Shown in pieces: positions 1-15,674 of a DNA stretch of 64,000 bases. The notes under the pieces are model-generated. The model made no database searches. It was not told the DNA's origin and saw nothing but the letters and a program-made list of their open reading frames with translations. This DNA is from Escherichia coli. GTDB taxonomy: Bacteria; Pseudomonadota; Gammaproteobacteria; Enterobacterales; Enterobacteriaceae. The position numbers and the translations under genes are program-made. The stretch lies in the NCBI RefSeq assembly GCF_013315695.1, contig NZ_CP054353.1. One strand, 5' to 3'. Within the stretch, counting starts at the first letter, position 1, and every line of letters starts with the position of its first letter.

Positions 1-4153
<4,153 letters not shown>

Positions 4154-4155
4154 CA

Positions 4156-4497
4156 ATGCGAATATTTGTCTACGGCAGTTTACGCCACAAACAAGGCAAC
4201 AGTCACTGGATGACCAATGCCCAGTTACTGGGCGATTTCAGTATCGATAACTACCAGTTGTATAGCCTGGGCCACTATCCAGGCGCAGTTCCGGGGAACG
4301 GAACGGTACACGGTGAAGTTTATCGTATTGACAACGCCACGCTGGCCGAACTTGATGCCTTGCGCACCAGGGGCGGTGAATACGCGCGCCAGTTGATTCA
4401 GACGCCGTACGGGAGTGCATGGATGTACGTTTATCAACGACCCGTCGATGGATTAAAGCTAATTGAAAGCGGCGACTGGTTAGACAGGGATAAGTAA
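4156..4497 (+). CDS. ytfP: Gamma-glutamylcyclotransferase-family protein YtfP (113 aa)
   Basis: ORF 2 nt after tamB stop; sequence recognised as YtfP. Confidence 0.9.
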   Translation: MRIFVYGSLRHKQGNSHWMTNAQLLGDFSIDNYQLYSLGHYPGAVPGNGTVHGEVYRIDNATLAELDALRTRGGEYARQLIQTPYGSAWMYVYQRPVDGLKLIESGDWLDRDK

Positions 4498-4505
4498 TAA
4501 TAAAA

Positions 4506-4534
4506 GCACGCCACCTTCGGGTGGCGTTGTTTTA
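4506..4534 (+). terminator. Rho-independent terminator after ytfP
   Basis: Hairpin acgccacc-ttcg-ggtggcgt followed by tgtttta. Confidence 0.7.
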
Positions 4535-4876
4535 TGCGATGTATCTCGCGATTTTTTTTTGTAACTTTTCCATCTTTTGCTTTTCTCTCCGAGCCGCTTT
4601 CCATATCTGCAATCGCATAAAAAACTCTGCTGGCGTTCACAAATGTGCAGGGGTAAAACGGGGGCACGCTTTGAACGGTGAGTATGAGTGAGGTCGGCTA
4701 ACTTCCAGCAAGTGGCTATGAACAGCAAAATGGTGGTCGGGTTTGCTTGTTCTTACCGTTCAAGCCTTGCAACCGCTGAGAATAATGATGGTGGAATAGA
4801 GAGTTTATTTATCGCGGGCATAAAAAAACCCTTACTAACCGAAGCCCGGCGTTCAGGGTTATTGCGCTAGAAGAAC

Positions 4877-5407
4877 TTATTTATTCTTTGCGCGCTCGAA
4901 GGAAGCAACGATTTCAGCTTTAGCGGCTTCTGCGTTTTCCCAACCTTCAACTTTCACCCACTTGCCTTTTTCGAGGTCTTTGTAGTGCTCGAAGAAGTGA
5001 GCGATTTGCGCTTTCAGCAGTTCAGGCAGATCGTTTACGTCTTTAATGTGATCGTATTCTTTGCTCAGCTTGCTGTGCGGAACCGCAACCAGTTTCGCAT
5101 CTTCACCGGCTTCGTCGGTCATTTTCAGAACGCCAACCGGACGGCAACGGATCACAGAACCAGGCTGCAGCGGGTACGGAGTCGGGACCAGTACGTCAAC
5201 CGGGTCACCGTCCAGAGACAGGGTGTGGTTGATGTAACCGTAGTTGCACGGATAGAACATCGCGGTGGACATGAAGCGGTCAACGAACAGTGCGCCGCTC
5301 TCTTTGTCGATTTCGTATTTGATCGGATCTGCGTTAGCCGGGATCTCAATAACAACGTAGATGTCTTCCGGCAGATCTTTACCCGCAGGGACGTTGAGTA
5401 AGCTCAT
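4877..5407 (-). CDS. ppa: Inorganic pyrophosphatase (176 aa)
   Basis: Protein [32 protein letters not shown]... recognised as E. coli Ppa. Confidence 0.97.
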   Translation of the reverse strand: MSLLNVPAGKDLPEDIYVVIEIPANADPIKYEIDKESGALFVDRFMSTAMFYPCNYGYINHTLSLDGDPVDVLVPTPYPLQPGSVIRCRPVGVLKMTDEAGEDAKLVAVPHSKLSKEYDHIKDVNDLPELLKAQIAHFFEHYKDLEKGKWVKVEGWENAEAAKAEIVASFERAKNK

Positions 5408-5716
5408 GTCTGTTTCCTTTAAAAATATGTGGCAAACAAGTGCCGAGTATTATAGCCAACTCGCGCCGAATGTCTTTGCTTGTTTTCGTCTTCATTTTCC
5501 TTTTTCGCCAGTTTTAAGACGGTATACAGAGCAGGAAAATCCATAACCGTAGCCGCATTTTTCATAGTGAGATGAAAGCGATTACAAACTTGTGATTAAC
5601 GTTTTATTTACTTTTTTGAAGTGTGATGTAACGCAATCCGTTACATAACGAATTGTCTATAGTTTTTTCGCGAACATCTTTTCACCAATAATAATTACCC
5701 CGACGAGGACAACCCT

Positions 5717-6673
5717 ATGTGGAAACGCTTACTTGTAGTCTCTGCAGTCTCGGCAGCCATGTCGTCTATGGCGTTGGCCGCTCCATTAACCGTAGGATTT
5801 TCGCAGGTCGGATCGGAATCCGGCTGGCGCGCCGCAGAAACCAATGTGGCGAAAAGTGAGGCCGAAAAACGCGGAATTACGTTGAAAATTGCCGATGGTC
5901 AGCAAAAGCAGGAAAACCAGATTAAAGCGGTACGTTCCTTCGTTGCACAAGGGGTGGATGCGATCTTTATCGCTCCAGTGGTTGCGACGGGTTGGGAACC
6001 GGTATTAAAAGAGGCGAAAGATGCCGAAATCCCGGTCTTCTTGCTCGACCGTTCCATCGATGTGAAAGACAAATCTCTCTATATGACCACCGTTACTGCC
6101 GACAACATCCTCGAAGGTAAGTTGATCGGTGACTGGCTGGTAAAAGAAGTGAATGGCAAACCATGCAACGTGGTGGAGCTGCAGGGCACCGTTGGGGCCA
6201 GCGTCGCCATTGACCGTAAGAAAGGCTTTGCCGAAGCCATTAAGAATGCGCCAAATATCAAAATTATCCGCTCGCAGTCAGGTGACTTCACCCGCAGTAA
6301 AGGCAAAGAAGTCATGGAGAGCTTTATCAAAGCGGAAAACAACGGCAAAAACATCTGCATGGTTTACGCCCATAACGACGACATGGTGATTGGTGCAATT
6401 CAGGCAATTAAAGAAGCGGGCCTGAAACCGGGCAAAGATATCCTCACGGGTTCCATTGACGGTGTACCGGACATCTACAAAGCGATGATGGATGGCGAAG
6501 CGAACGCCAGTGTTGAACTGACGCCGAACATGGCGGGACCCGCTTTCGATGCGCTGGAGAAATACAAAAAAGACGGCACCATGCCTGAAAAGCTGACGTT
6601 AACCAAATCCACCCTTTACCTGCCTGATACCGCAAAAGAAGAGTTAGAGAAGAAGAAAAATATGGGGTATTGA
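5717..6673 (+). CDS. ytfQ: Galactofuranose ABC transporter periplasmic binding protein (318 aa)
   Basis: Signal peptide plus sugar-binding-protein fold ORF; first gene of ytfQRT-yjfF cluster. Confidence 0.92.
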   Translation: MWKRLLVVSAVSAAMSSMALAAPLTVGFSQVGSESGWRAAETNVAKSEAEKRGITLKIADGQQKQENQIKAVRSFVAQGVDAIFIAPVVATGWEPVLKEAKDAEIPVFLLDRSIDVKDKSLYMTTVTADNILEGKLIGDWLVKEVNGKPCNVVELQGTVGASVAIDRKKGFAEAIKNAPNIKIIRSQSGDFTRSKGKEVMESFIKAENNGKNICMVYAHNDDMVIGAIQAIKEAGLKPGKDILTGSIDGVPDIYKAMMDGEANASVELTPNMAGPAFDALEKYKKDGTMPEKLTLTKSTLYLPDTAKEELEKKKNMGY

Positions 6674-6683
6674 GGGTTGCTAT

Positions 6684-6780
6684 GCCTGATGCCGATTCGT
6701 AGGCCGGATAAGGCGCTCGCGCCGCATCCGGCGATGGTGCACTGAAGCCTGATTCGACGCTTACCGCGTCTTATCATGCC
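6684..6780. repeat. REP (repetitive extragenic palindrome) elements
   Basis: gccggataaggcgc...gcatccggc motifs typical of E. coli REP/PU units. Confidence 0.8.
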
Positions 6781-6812
6781 TACTGGGAGCACGCTTTACA
6801 CCGGGGGAAACC

Positions 6813-8315
6813 ATGACGACCGACCAACACCAGGAGATCCTCCGCACCGAAGGATTAAGTAAATTTTTCCCCGGCGTCAAAGCGTTAGACAACGTTGATT
6901 TCAGCCTGCGCCGTGGCGAAATCATGGCGCTGCTTGGTGAAAACGGGGCGGGAAAATCAACGCTAATCAAAGCATTAACTGGTGTATACCACGCCGATCG
7001 CGGCACCATCTGGCTGGAAGGCCAGGCTATCTCACCGAAAAATACCGCCCATGCACAACAACTCGGTATCGGCACCGTCTATCAGGAAGTCAACCTGCTA
7101 CCCAATATGTCGGTTGCTGATAATCTATTCATAGGTCGCGAACCCAAACGTTTCGGCCTTCTACGCCGTAAAGAGATGGAAAAGCGCGCCACCGAACTGA
7201 TGGCATCTTACGGTTTCTCCCTCGACGTGCGCGAACCGCTTAACCGTTTTTCGGTGGCGATGCAGCAAATCGTCGCCATTTGCCGGGCTATCGATCTCTC
7301 CGCCAAAGTGCTGATCCTCGATGAACCCACCGCCAGCCTCGACACCCAGGAAGTGGAGCTATTATTTGGCCTGATGCGTCAGTTGCGCGATCGCGGCGTC
7401 AGCCTGATCTTTGTCACTCACTTTCTCGATCAGGTCTATCAGGTCAGCGATCGGATCACCGTCTTACGCAACGGCAGTTTCGTAGGCTGTCGGGAAACGC
7501 GCGAGCTACCGCAGATCGAACTGGTAAAAATGATGCTGGGGCGCGAGCTGGATACCCACGCGCTACAGCGTGCCGGGCGAACATTGTTGAGCGACAAACC
7601 CGTTGCCGCGTTCAAAAATTACGGCAAAAAAGGAACGATAGCACCGTTTGATCTCGAAGTGCGCCCCGGCGAGATCGTCGGTCTGGCTGGCTTGCTGGGA
7701 TCCGGACGTACCGAAACCGCCGAAGTGATCTTCGGTATCAAACCTGCTGACAGCGGCACGGCGTTGATCAAAGGCAAACCGCAAACCCTGCGATCGCCAC
7801 ATCAGGCTTCAGTACTGGGCATCGGATTCTGCCCGGAAGACAGGAAAACCGATGGCATCATCGCCGCTGCCTCGGTGCGGGAAAATATCATCCTCGCTCT
7901 CCAGGCCCAGCGCGGCTGGCTACGACCCATTTCCCGCAAAGAGCAGCAAGAGATTGCCGAACGCTTTATCCGCCAGCTTGGCATTCGCACACCTTCAACT
8001 GAACAACCGATTGAATTTCTCTCCGGTGGCAATCAGCAAAAAGTGCTGCTTTCACGTTGGCTACTGACCCGACCGCAATTTCTGATCCTTGATGAGCCAA
8101 CCCGTGGCATTGATGTTGGTGCCCACGCCGAGATCATCCGCCTGATTGAAACGCTGTGTGCTGACGGTCTGGCGCTGCTGGTGATCTCCTCCGAACTGGA
8201 AGAGCTGGTGGGCTATGCCGACCGGGTGATCATCATGCGCGATCGCAAACAGGTGGCGGAGATCCCGCTGGCACAGCTTTCCGTTCCGGCGATCATGAAC
8301 GCCATTGCGGCGTAA
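6813..8315 (+). CDS. ytfR: Sugar ABC transporter ATP-binding protein, duplicated ATPase domains (500 aa)
   Basis: Two Walker A motifs (GENGAGKST; second domain GLLGSGRTE) and LSGG signature motifs. Confidence 0.93.
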   Translation: MTTDQHQEILRTEGLSKFFPGVKALDNVDFSLRRGEIMALLGENGAGKSTLIKALTGVYHADRGTIWLEGQAISPKNTAHAQQLGIGTVYQEVNLLPNMSVADNLFIGREPKRFGLLRRKEMEKRATELMASYGFSLDVREPLNRFSVAMQQIVAICRAIDLSAKVLILDEPTASLDTQEVELLFGLMRQLRDRGVSLIFVTHFLDQVYQVSDRITVLRNGSFVGCRETRELPQIELVKMMLGRELDTHALQRAGRTLLSDKPVAAFKNYGKKGTIAPFDLEVRPGEIVGLAGLLGSGRTETAEVIFGIKPADSGTALIKGKPQTLRSPHQASVLGIGFCPEDRKTDGIIAAASVRENIILALQAQRGWLRPISRKEQQEIAERFIRQLGIRTPSTEQPIEFLSGGNQQKVLLSRWLLTRPQFLILDEPTRGIDVGAHAEIIRLIETLCADGLALLVISSELEELVGYADRVIIMRDRKQVAEIPLAQLSVPAIMNAIAA

Positions 8316-8325
8316 GGAGAACAGT

Positions 8326-9351
8326 GTGATGCCTCAATCTCTCCCTGACACTACGCCGCCAAAAAGGCGTTTTCACTGGCCGACGGGGATGCCGCAGCTG
8401 GCGGCACTGTTGCTGGTGCTGCTGGTCGATAGCCTGGTAGCCCCGCATTTCTGGCAGGTGGTGCTTCAGGATGGGCGTTTGTTCGGTAGCCCTATCGACA
8501 TTCTTAACCGTGCAGCTCCCGTTGCGTTACTGGCGATTGGTATGACGCTGGTGATCGCCACCGGTGGTATCGATCTCTCTGTGGGGGCGGTGATGGCTAT
8601 CGCCGGAGCCACAACGGCTGCGATGACGGTCGCGGGATTCAGCCTGCCGATTGTTTTGTTAAGCGCCCTGGGCACCGGCATCCTGGCGGGATTGTGGAAC
8701 GGCATACTGGTAGCGATCCTCAAAATTCAGCCGTTTGTCGCCACCCTGATCCTGATGGTCGCCGGGCGCGGCGTGGCGCAACTGATCACCGCCGGGCAGA
8801 TCGTCACGTTTAACTCGCCGGATCTCTCATGGTTTGGCAGCGGATCGCTGTTGTTCCTGCCAACGCCGGTCATTATCGCGGTGCTGACGCTTCTCCTGTT
8901 CTGGCTGTTGACCCGCAAAACGGCGCTGGGGATGTTTATCGAAGCCGTTGGTATCAACATTCGGGCGGCAAAAAATGCCGGGGTAAACACGCGAATCATC
9001 GTCATGCTCACCTACGTGTTGAGCGGGCTATGTGCGGCGATTGCGGGCATTATCGTGGCGGCGGATATTCGCGGTGCCGATGCCAACAACGCCGGATTAT
9101 GGCTGGAGCTGGACGCCATTCTCGCGGTGGTGATTGGCGGCGGATCGCTGATGGGCGGGCGCTTTAACCTGCTGCTCTCGGTAGTGGGGGCGCTGATTAT
9201 TCAGGGGATGAACACCGGAATTTTGCTTTCGGGCTTTCCGCCGGAGATGAACCAGGTGGTGAAAGCGGTGGTGGTGCTTTGTGTGCTGATTGTTCAGTCG
9301 CAACGCTTTATCAGTCTGATTAAAGGAGTACGTAGCCATGATAAAACGTAA
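8326..9351 (+). CDS. ytfT: ABC transporter permease (341 aa from GTG start)
   Basis: Polytopic membrane ORF; GTG at 8326 gives the K-12 length; overlaps ytfR end. Confidence 0.88.
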   Translation: MMPQSLPDTTPPKRRFHWPTGMPQLAALLLVLLVDSLVAPHFWQVVLQDGRLFGSPIDILNRAAPVALLAIGMTLVIATGGIDLSVGAVMAIAGATTAAMTVAGFSLPIVLLSALGTGILAGLWNGILVAILKIQPFVATLILMVAGRGVAQLITAGQIVTFNSPDLSWFGSGSLLFLPTPVIIAVLTLLLFWLLTRKTALGMFIEAVGINIRAAKNAGVNTRIIVMLTYVLSGLCAAIAGIIVAADIRGADANNAGLWLELDAILAVVIGGGSLMGGRFNLLLSVVGALIIQGMNTGILLSGFPPEMNQVVKAVVVLCVLIVQSQRFISLIKGVRSHDKT

Positions 9352-10333
9352 CTTGCCGCTGATGATCACCATCGGCGTCTTTGTGCTGGGCTATCTCTAC
9401 TGCCTGACCCAGTTTCCCGGTTTTGCTTCCACAAGGGTGATCTGCAATATCCTGACCGATAACGCCTTTCTTGGGATAATCGCCGTTGGCATGACCTTTG
9501 TGATCCTATCTGGCGGTATCGATCTCTCCGTCGGTTCGGTGATCGCCTTTACTGGCGTGTTTCTGGCAAAAGTGGTTGGCGATTTCGGCCTCTCGCCGCT
9601 GCTGGCGTTTCCGCTAGTGCTGGTGATGGGCTGTGCCTTCGGCGCATTTATGGGGCTTCTGATCGACGCCCTGAAGATCCCGGCATTTATCATTACGCTT
9701 GCGGGGATGTTCTTTTTGCGCGGCGTCAGCTATCTCGTTTCGGAAGAGTCGATTCCGATAAACCATCCCATTTATGACACGCTCTCAAGCCTTGCGTGGA
9801 AAATCCCTGGCGGCGGTCGCTTAAGTGCGATGGGACTGCTGATGTTGGCGGTGGTGGTTATCGGCATATTCCTCGCGCATCGTACCCGTTTTGGTAATCA
9901 GGTATACGCCATTGGCGGCAACGCAACGTCGGCGAATCTGATGGGGATTTCCACTCGCAGCACCACTATTCGCATTTATATGCTCTCCACCGGACTGGCA
10001 ACGCTGGCGGGGATTGTCTTCTCGATTTATACCCAGGCCGGATATGCGCTGGCGGGCGTAGGTGTGGAACTGGATGCTATCGCCTCAGTGGTAATTGGCG
10101 GTACGCTTTTGAGCGGTGGCGTTGGAACGGTATTAGGGACGCTTTTTGGCGTGGCGATTCAGGGACTGATTCAGACTTACATAAACTTTGATGGCACGCT
10201 GAGTTCCTGGTGGACGAAAATCGCCATCGGTATTTTGTTGTTTATTTTTATAGCATTACAGCGTGGATTAACGGTGCTGTGGGAGAATCGTCAGAGTTCG
10301 CCAGTGACAAGAGTCAACATTGCGCAGCAATAA
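9338..10333 (+). CDS. yjfF: ABC transporter permease (331 aa)
   Basis: Polytopic membrane ORF overlapping ytfT end; paralogous to ytfT. Confidence 0.9.
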   Translation: MIKRNLPLMITIGVFVLGYLYCLTQFPGFASTRVICNILTDNAFLGIIAVGMTFVILSGGIDLSVGSVIAFTGVFLAKVVGDFGLSPLLAFPLVLVMGCAFGAFMGLLIDALKIPAFIITLAGMFFLRGVSYLVSEESIPINHPIYDTLSSLAWKIPGGGRLSAMGLLMLAVVVIGIFLAHRTRFGNQVYAIGGNATSANLMGISTRSTTIRIYMLSTGLATLAGIVFSIYTQAGYALAGVGVELDAIASVVIGGTLLSGGVGTVLGTLFGVAIQGLIQTYINFDGTLSSWWTKIAIGILLFIFIALQRGLTVLWENRQSSPVTRVNIAQQ

Positions 10334-10336
10334 AAA

Positions 10337-10358
10337 CGCCTCTCCGTGTGGAGAGGCG
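10337..10358 (-). terminator. Intrinsic terminator downstream of fbp
   Basis: Perfect hairpin cgcctctcc-gtgtg-gagaggcg with A-run on plus strand (U-run on minus). Confidence 0.7.
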
Positions 10359-10365
10359 CAGGAGA

Positions 10366-11364
10366 TTACGCGTCCGGGAACTCACGGATAAAGCGTTCGA
10401 CATCTTCAACCATATGGTCGTTGCCGACAAAGAACGAACGGCGCTGGTGCAGGGTTTCCGGGATAATATCCAGAATACGCTCTTTGCCATCGCTCGCTTT
10501 ACCGCCCGCTTGTTCCGCCAGGAATGCCATCGGGTTGCACTCATACAGTAAACGCAGTTTACCGTCCGGGTGGCTGGCGGTGCTTGGGTAGAGATAAATA
10601 CCGCCTTTCAGCAGGTTACGGTGGAAATCCGCAACCAGTGAACCGATATAACGTGAGGTATACGGGCGGTTGGTGGATTTATCTTCTTCCTGGCAGAATT
10701 TAATGTACTTCTTCACCCCGTTCGGAAACTTAATGTAGTTTCCTTCGTTGATGGAGTAGGTTTTGCCTTTCTCCGGGAAGCGCATCCGTTCCTGGCACAG
10801 GCAGAAAACGCCCAGCGAAGGATCGTAAGTAAAGGCGTGAACACCGCATCCGGTGGTGTAAACCAGCATGGTAGAGGAGCCGTATACCACGTAACCTGCC
10901 GCAACCTGTTTGTTACCAGGCTGGAGGAAATCTTCTTCCGTTACCGGCGTGCCAACAGGCGTAACGCGGCGGTAGATGGAGAAAATGGTACCGACAGAGA
11001 CGTTAACATCGATGTTGGACGAGCCATCCAGGGGGTCCATCAGCACCACGTATTTTGCGTGTTCACAGCCTTCAAAGACGACAATCTCATCTTCTTCTTC
11101 AGAGGCAATCCCCGCAACGATATCGCGTGCTTTCAGTGCGGCTTTCAGTTTTTCATTAGCGAACAAGTCGAGTTTCTGCTGAACCTCGCCCTGCACGTTC
11201 TCAGCACCGCTGGCACCCAGGATATCAACCAGTCCTGCTTTGTTGATATCGCGATGGATAATCTTGGCGCCCAGTTTTATTGCCGACAGCAAAGCAGTGA
11301 GCTCACCGGTAGCATGAGAAAACTCGTGCTGCTTTTCGACAATAAATTCACCTAACGTTTTCAT
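10366..11364 (-). CDS. fbp: Fructose-1,6-bisphosphatase class 1 (332 aa)
   Basis: Protein starts [12 protein letters not shown]...; the longer 393-aa ORF is an upstream in-frame extension. Confidence 0.95.
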
Positions 11365-11539
11365 AAAACTTTCCCTGCAATGTTTATGGAGTAAAGCGAC
11401 CGCAACAATCTTAACAAATAATCTCAATGTTGCGCTCAGGTGAATCGCGCCAGCAAATTGCGGATTATCCTGAAATGCGTTTCTCACTTGCCCGACATAT
11501 GCGTAAAATGAGCGGCAGATTAAAAAAGGATAGTGACGT

Positions 11540-12913
11540 ATGCGCATTCATATTTTAGGAATTTGTGGCACGTTTATGGGCGGTCTGGCGATGCTGGCGC
11601 GCCAGTTAGGCCATGAAGTAACGGGTTCGGACGCCAATGTGTATCCGCCGATGAGCACCTTACTTGAGAAGCAAGGCATTGAACTGATTCAGGGTTACGA
11701 TGCCAGCCAGCTCGAGCCGCAGCCGGATCTGGTGATTATTGGCAACGCCATGACCCGTGGAAATCCGTGTGTGGAAGCGGTACTGGAAAAAAACATCCCT
11801 TATATGTCAGGTCCACAGTGGCTGCACGATTTTGTGCTGCGCGACCGCTGGGTGCTGGCCGTTGCCGGTACACACGGCAAAACCACCACCGCGGGAATGG
11901 CGACCTGGATTCTGGAACAGTGTGGTTACAAACCGGGATTTGTGATCGGCGGTGTGCCGGGGAACTTTGAGGTTTCGGCGCGTCTGGGCGAAAGCGACTT
12001 CTTTGTTATCGAAGCGGATGAGTACGACTGCGCCTTCTTCGACAAACGCTCTAAATTTGTCCATTACTGCCCGCGTACGCTGATCCTCAACAACCTTGAG
12101 TTCGATCACGCCGATATCTTTGACGACCTGAAAGCGATCCAGAAACAGTTCCACCATCTGGTGCGTATCGTTCCGGGGCAGGGCCGTATTATCTGGCCGG
12201 AAAATGACATCAACCTGAAACAGACCATGGCGATGGGCTGCTGGAGCGAGCAGGAGCTGGTGGGTGAGCAGGGTCACTGGCAGGCGAAAAAGCTGACCAC
12301 CGATGCTTCCGAATGGGAAGTTTTGCTGGATGGCGAAAAAGTGGGCGAAGTGAAATGGTCGCTGGTAGGCGAACATAATATGCACAATGGCCTGATGGCG
12401 ATTGCAGCGGCTCGCCATGTTGGTGTAGCGCCGGCAGATGCCGCTAACGCGCTGGGTTCGTTTATTAATGCTCGTCGCCGTCTGGAGTTGCGTGGTGAAG
12501 CGAATGGCGTCACGGTATATGACGATTTTGCCCATCACCCGACGGCGATTCTGGCAACGCTGGCGGCGCTGCGTGGCAAAGTTGGTGGTACGGCGCGCAT
12601 TATTGCTGTGCTGGAACCGCGCTCGAATACCATGAAAATGGGGATCTGCAAAGACGATTTGGCACCTTCATTAGGTCGTGCCGATGAAGTCTTCCTGCTG
12701 CAACCGGCGCATATTCCGTGGCAGGTGGCAGAAGTGGCAGAAGCCTGCGTTCAGCCTGCACACTGGAGTGGCGATGTGGATACGCTGGCAGATATGGTGG
12801 TGAAAACCGCTCAGCCTGGCGACCATATTCTGGTGATGAGCAACGGCGGTTTTGGTGGGATCCATCAGAAACTGCTGGATGGTCTGGCGAAGAAGGCGGA
12901 AGCTGCGCAGTAA
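11540..12913 (+). CDS. mpl: UDP-N-acetylmuramate:L-alanyl-gamma-D-glutamyl-meso-diaminopimelate ligase (457 aa)
   Basis: Mur ligase family ORF (GTHGKTTT P-loop); divergent from fbp. Confidence 0.95.
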
Positions 12914-12921
12914 TTCGGCTT

Positions 12922-13045
12922 CAGCCTGATATAGCATTGCCGGATAAGGCGTTTACGCCGCATCCGGCATTTGAGCATAGTGCCTGATGCGACGCTTGAT
13001 GCGTCTTATCAGGCCTACAGGTGCACCGCATCCGGCAAACCATAC
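12922..13045. repeat. REP/BIME elements
   Basis: Multiple gccggataaggcg / gcctgatgcgacgc palindromic units. Confidence 0.8.
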
Positions 13046-13063
13046 TCACATCAACAACGAAAA

Positions 13064-13615
13064 TTACCCTTCGTTTTCCGCTAATTCGCGCAAATACTGG
13101 AAAATCTGGCGTGCGGATTTCGGCGGCTTATTCCCTTCTTTCTCTTTCTTCGCATTGCGGATCAGAGTACGCAGCTGCTGACGATCGGCATCGGGCCACA
13201 GATTCAATACTTCAGCGATAGCGTCATCTCCCTGGTCGATCAGACGATCGCGCAGGTTTTCCAGTTTATGGAACAGCACCACCTGCTGGTTATGACGGTT
13301 TTTCAGCTTATCCAGCGCCTGACGGATCGGTTCTACATCGCGCTGGCGCAGCATCTTACCGATGAGCTGCAACTGGCGGCGGCGACCTTCCATCTTAATA
13401 CGCTGGGCGAGCTCAATAGCCGCGCGCAGATCCGCATCTAACGGGATCTTATCCAGCGCGTTTTTCCCCAGATCAACAATTTCCGCGCCAAGGCGTTTTA
13501 GCTCCTCGGCATCACGTTTAATTTCACTTTTACTGACCCAGATAATTTCATCGTCTTCGTCTTCGATGTCATCACCGGGAACGTCGTCGAGCCAGTCTTC
13601 GGGCTGCTTAGTCAT
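13064..13615 (-). CDS. yjgA: Ribosome-associated protein YjgA (DUF615, 183 aa)
   Basis: Acidic N-terminus and conserved YjgA sequence; synteny. Confidence 0.9.
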
Positions 13616-13720
13616 CTCAGGCTCCTTAAAAAAAGAGGCTAATGTTACCAGTTAAGATGCGCACTGAAAAACGGTTCTCTGTTAGACTTCAGAGAAACTC
13701 TCTACATTATGGCACTTGCA

Positions 13721-15061
13721 ATGAAAGTAATCTCTCAAGTTGAAGCGCAGCGCAAGATTCTGGAAGAAGCAGTTTCCACTGCGCTGGAGTTGGCCTCAGG
13801 CAAATCGGACGGTGCGGAAGTTGCCGTCAGCAAGACCACCGGCATTAGCGTAAGCACGCGTTATGGTGAAGTGGAGAATGTTGAATTCAATAGCGATGGC
13901 GCGCTGGGGATCACTGTTTATCACCAGAACCGCAAAGGTAGCGCATCATCCACCGATTTAAGCCCGCAGGCCATTGCCCGTACTGTACAGGCGGCGCTGG
14001 ATATTGCCCGTTATACCTCGCCAGATCCCTGTGCCGGCGTGGCAGACAAAGAGCTGCTGGCCTTTGACGCACCAGATCTCGACTTGTTCCACCCTGCGGA
14101 AGTTTCCCCGGATGAAGCCATTGAACTGGCGGCCCGCGCAGAACAGGCGGCATTGCAGGCGGACAAACGCATCACCAATACCGAAGGTGGCAGCTTTAAC
14201 AGCCACTACGGTGTCAAAGTTTTTGGCAACAGCCACGGCATGTTGCAGGGTTACTGCTCAACGCGTCATTCGCTCTCCAGCTGTGTAATTGCCGAAGAAA
14301 ATGGCGATATGGAGCGTGATTACGCCTACACCATTGGCCGCGCGATGAGCGATCTGCAAACGCCAGAGTGGGTCGGGGCCGACTGTGCTCGCCGTACTTT
14401 ATCGCGCCTGTCACCGCGTAAACTCTCCACCATGAAAGCGCCGGTCATTTTTGCCAATGAAGTGGCAACCGGGCTTTTTGGCCATCTGGTGGGGGCGATA
14501 GCGGGTGGCTCGGTTTACCGTAAATCTACCTTTCTGCTGGATTCGCTGGGTAAACAAATTCTGCCGGACTGGCTGACCATTGAAGAGCATCCGCATCTGC
14601 TGAAAGGGCTGGCGTCGACGCCATTCGACAGCGAAGGTGTGCGCACCGAGCGTCGCGATATTATTAAAGATGGCATCCTGACTCAGTGGCTGCTGACCAG
14701 CTACTCGGCGCGGAAACTGGGGCTGAAAAGCACCGGACATGCGGGCGGTATTCACAACTGGCGGATTGCCGGACAAGGGCTAAGCTTCGAACAAATGCTC
14801 AAAGAGATGGGCACCGGGCTGGTGGTGACGGAGCTGATGGGCCAGGGCGTGAGTGCCATTACCGGTGATTATTCCCGTGGTGCAGCGGGCTTCTGGGTAG
14901 AGAATGGCGAAATTCAGTATCCCGTTAGTGAAATCACCATCGCAGGTAATTTAAAAGATATGTGGCGCAATATTGTCACCGTCGGTAACGATATTGAAAC
15001 ACGCAGTAATATACAGTGTGGTTCTGTGCTGTTGCCGGAGATGAAAATCGCCGGGCAGTAA
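13721..15061 (+). CDS. pmbA: Metalloprotease PmbA (TldE), 446 aa
   Basis: Sequence recognised; start taken at [12 protein letters not shown] (ORF track begins 4 codons upstream). Confidence 0.92.
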
Positions 15062-15240
15062 AAAACTGGCGCGACCTGCCGCGCTATAAACTAAAAAATT
15101 ACACAAAATCATTCGCACTGCATCGAGACGGAAAGTGAATGAGGGCCGGGGAGCGTACTCGCAGTACGTGACCCGGGCGAATGAGCGTAGCCGTCGATGA
15201 GGCAGTGTGAAGGATGAAGTGTAAATAAAAAAGGAAGTGA

Positions 15241-15630
<390 letters not shown>

Positions 15631-15674
15631 TTCCTCATTTCCCTGTTGCCTGCACTCAGGTAACAGGGAACTTA

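Noticed and set aside
4688-4870. 60-aa ORF in the ytfP-ppa intergenic region (checked as a possible chpS/chpB remnant)
   Set aside because: No ribosome-binding site, no resemblance to MazF/ChpB-like toxins; overlaps the ppa terminator region.
10366-11547. Extended 393-aa version of fbp, and similar N-terminal extensions of treC, ridA, bdcA, ahr, yjgR, yjgN and tabA in the ORF track
   Set aside because: Extensions run into divergent promoter regions and exceed known protein lengths; internal ATG/GTG starts match the expected N-termini.
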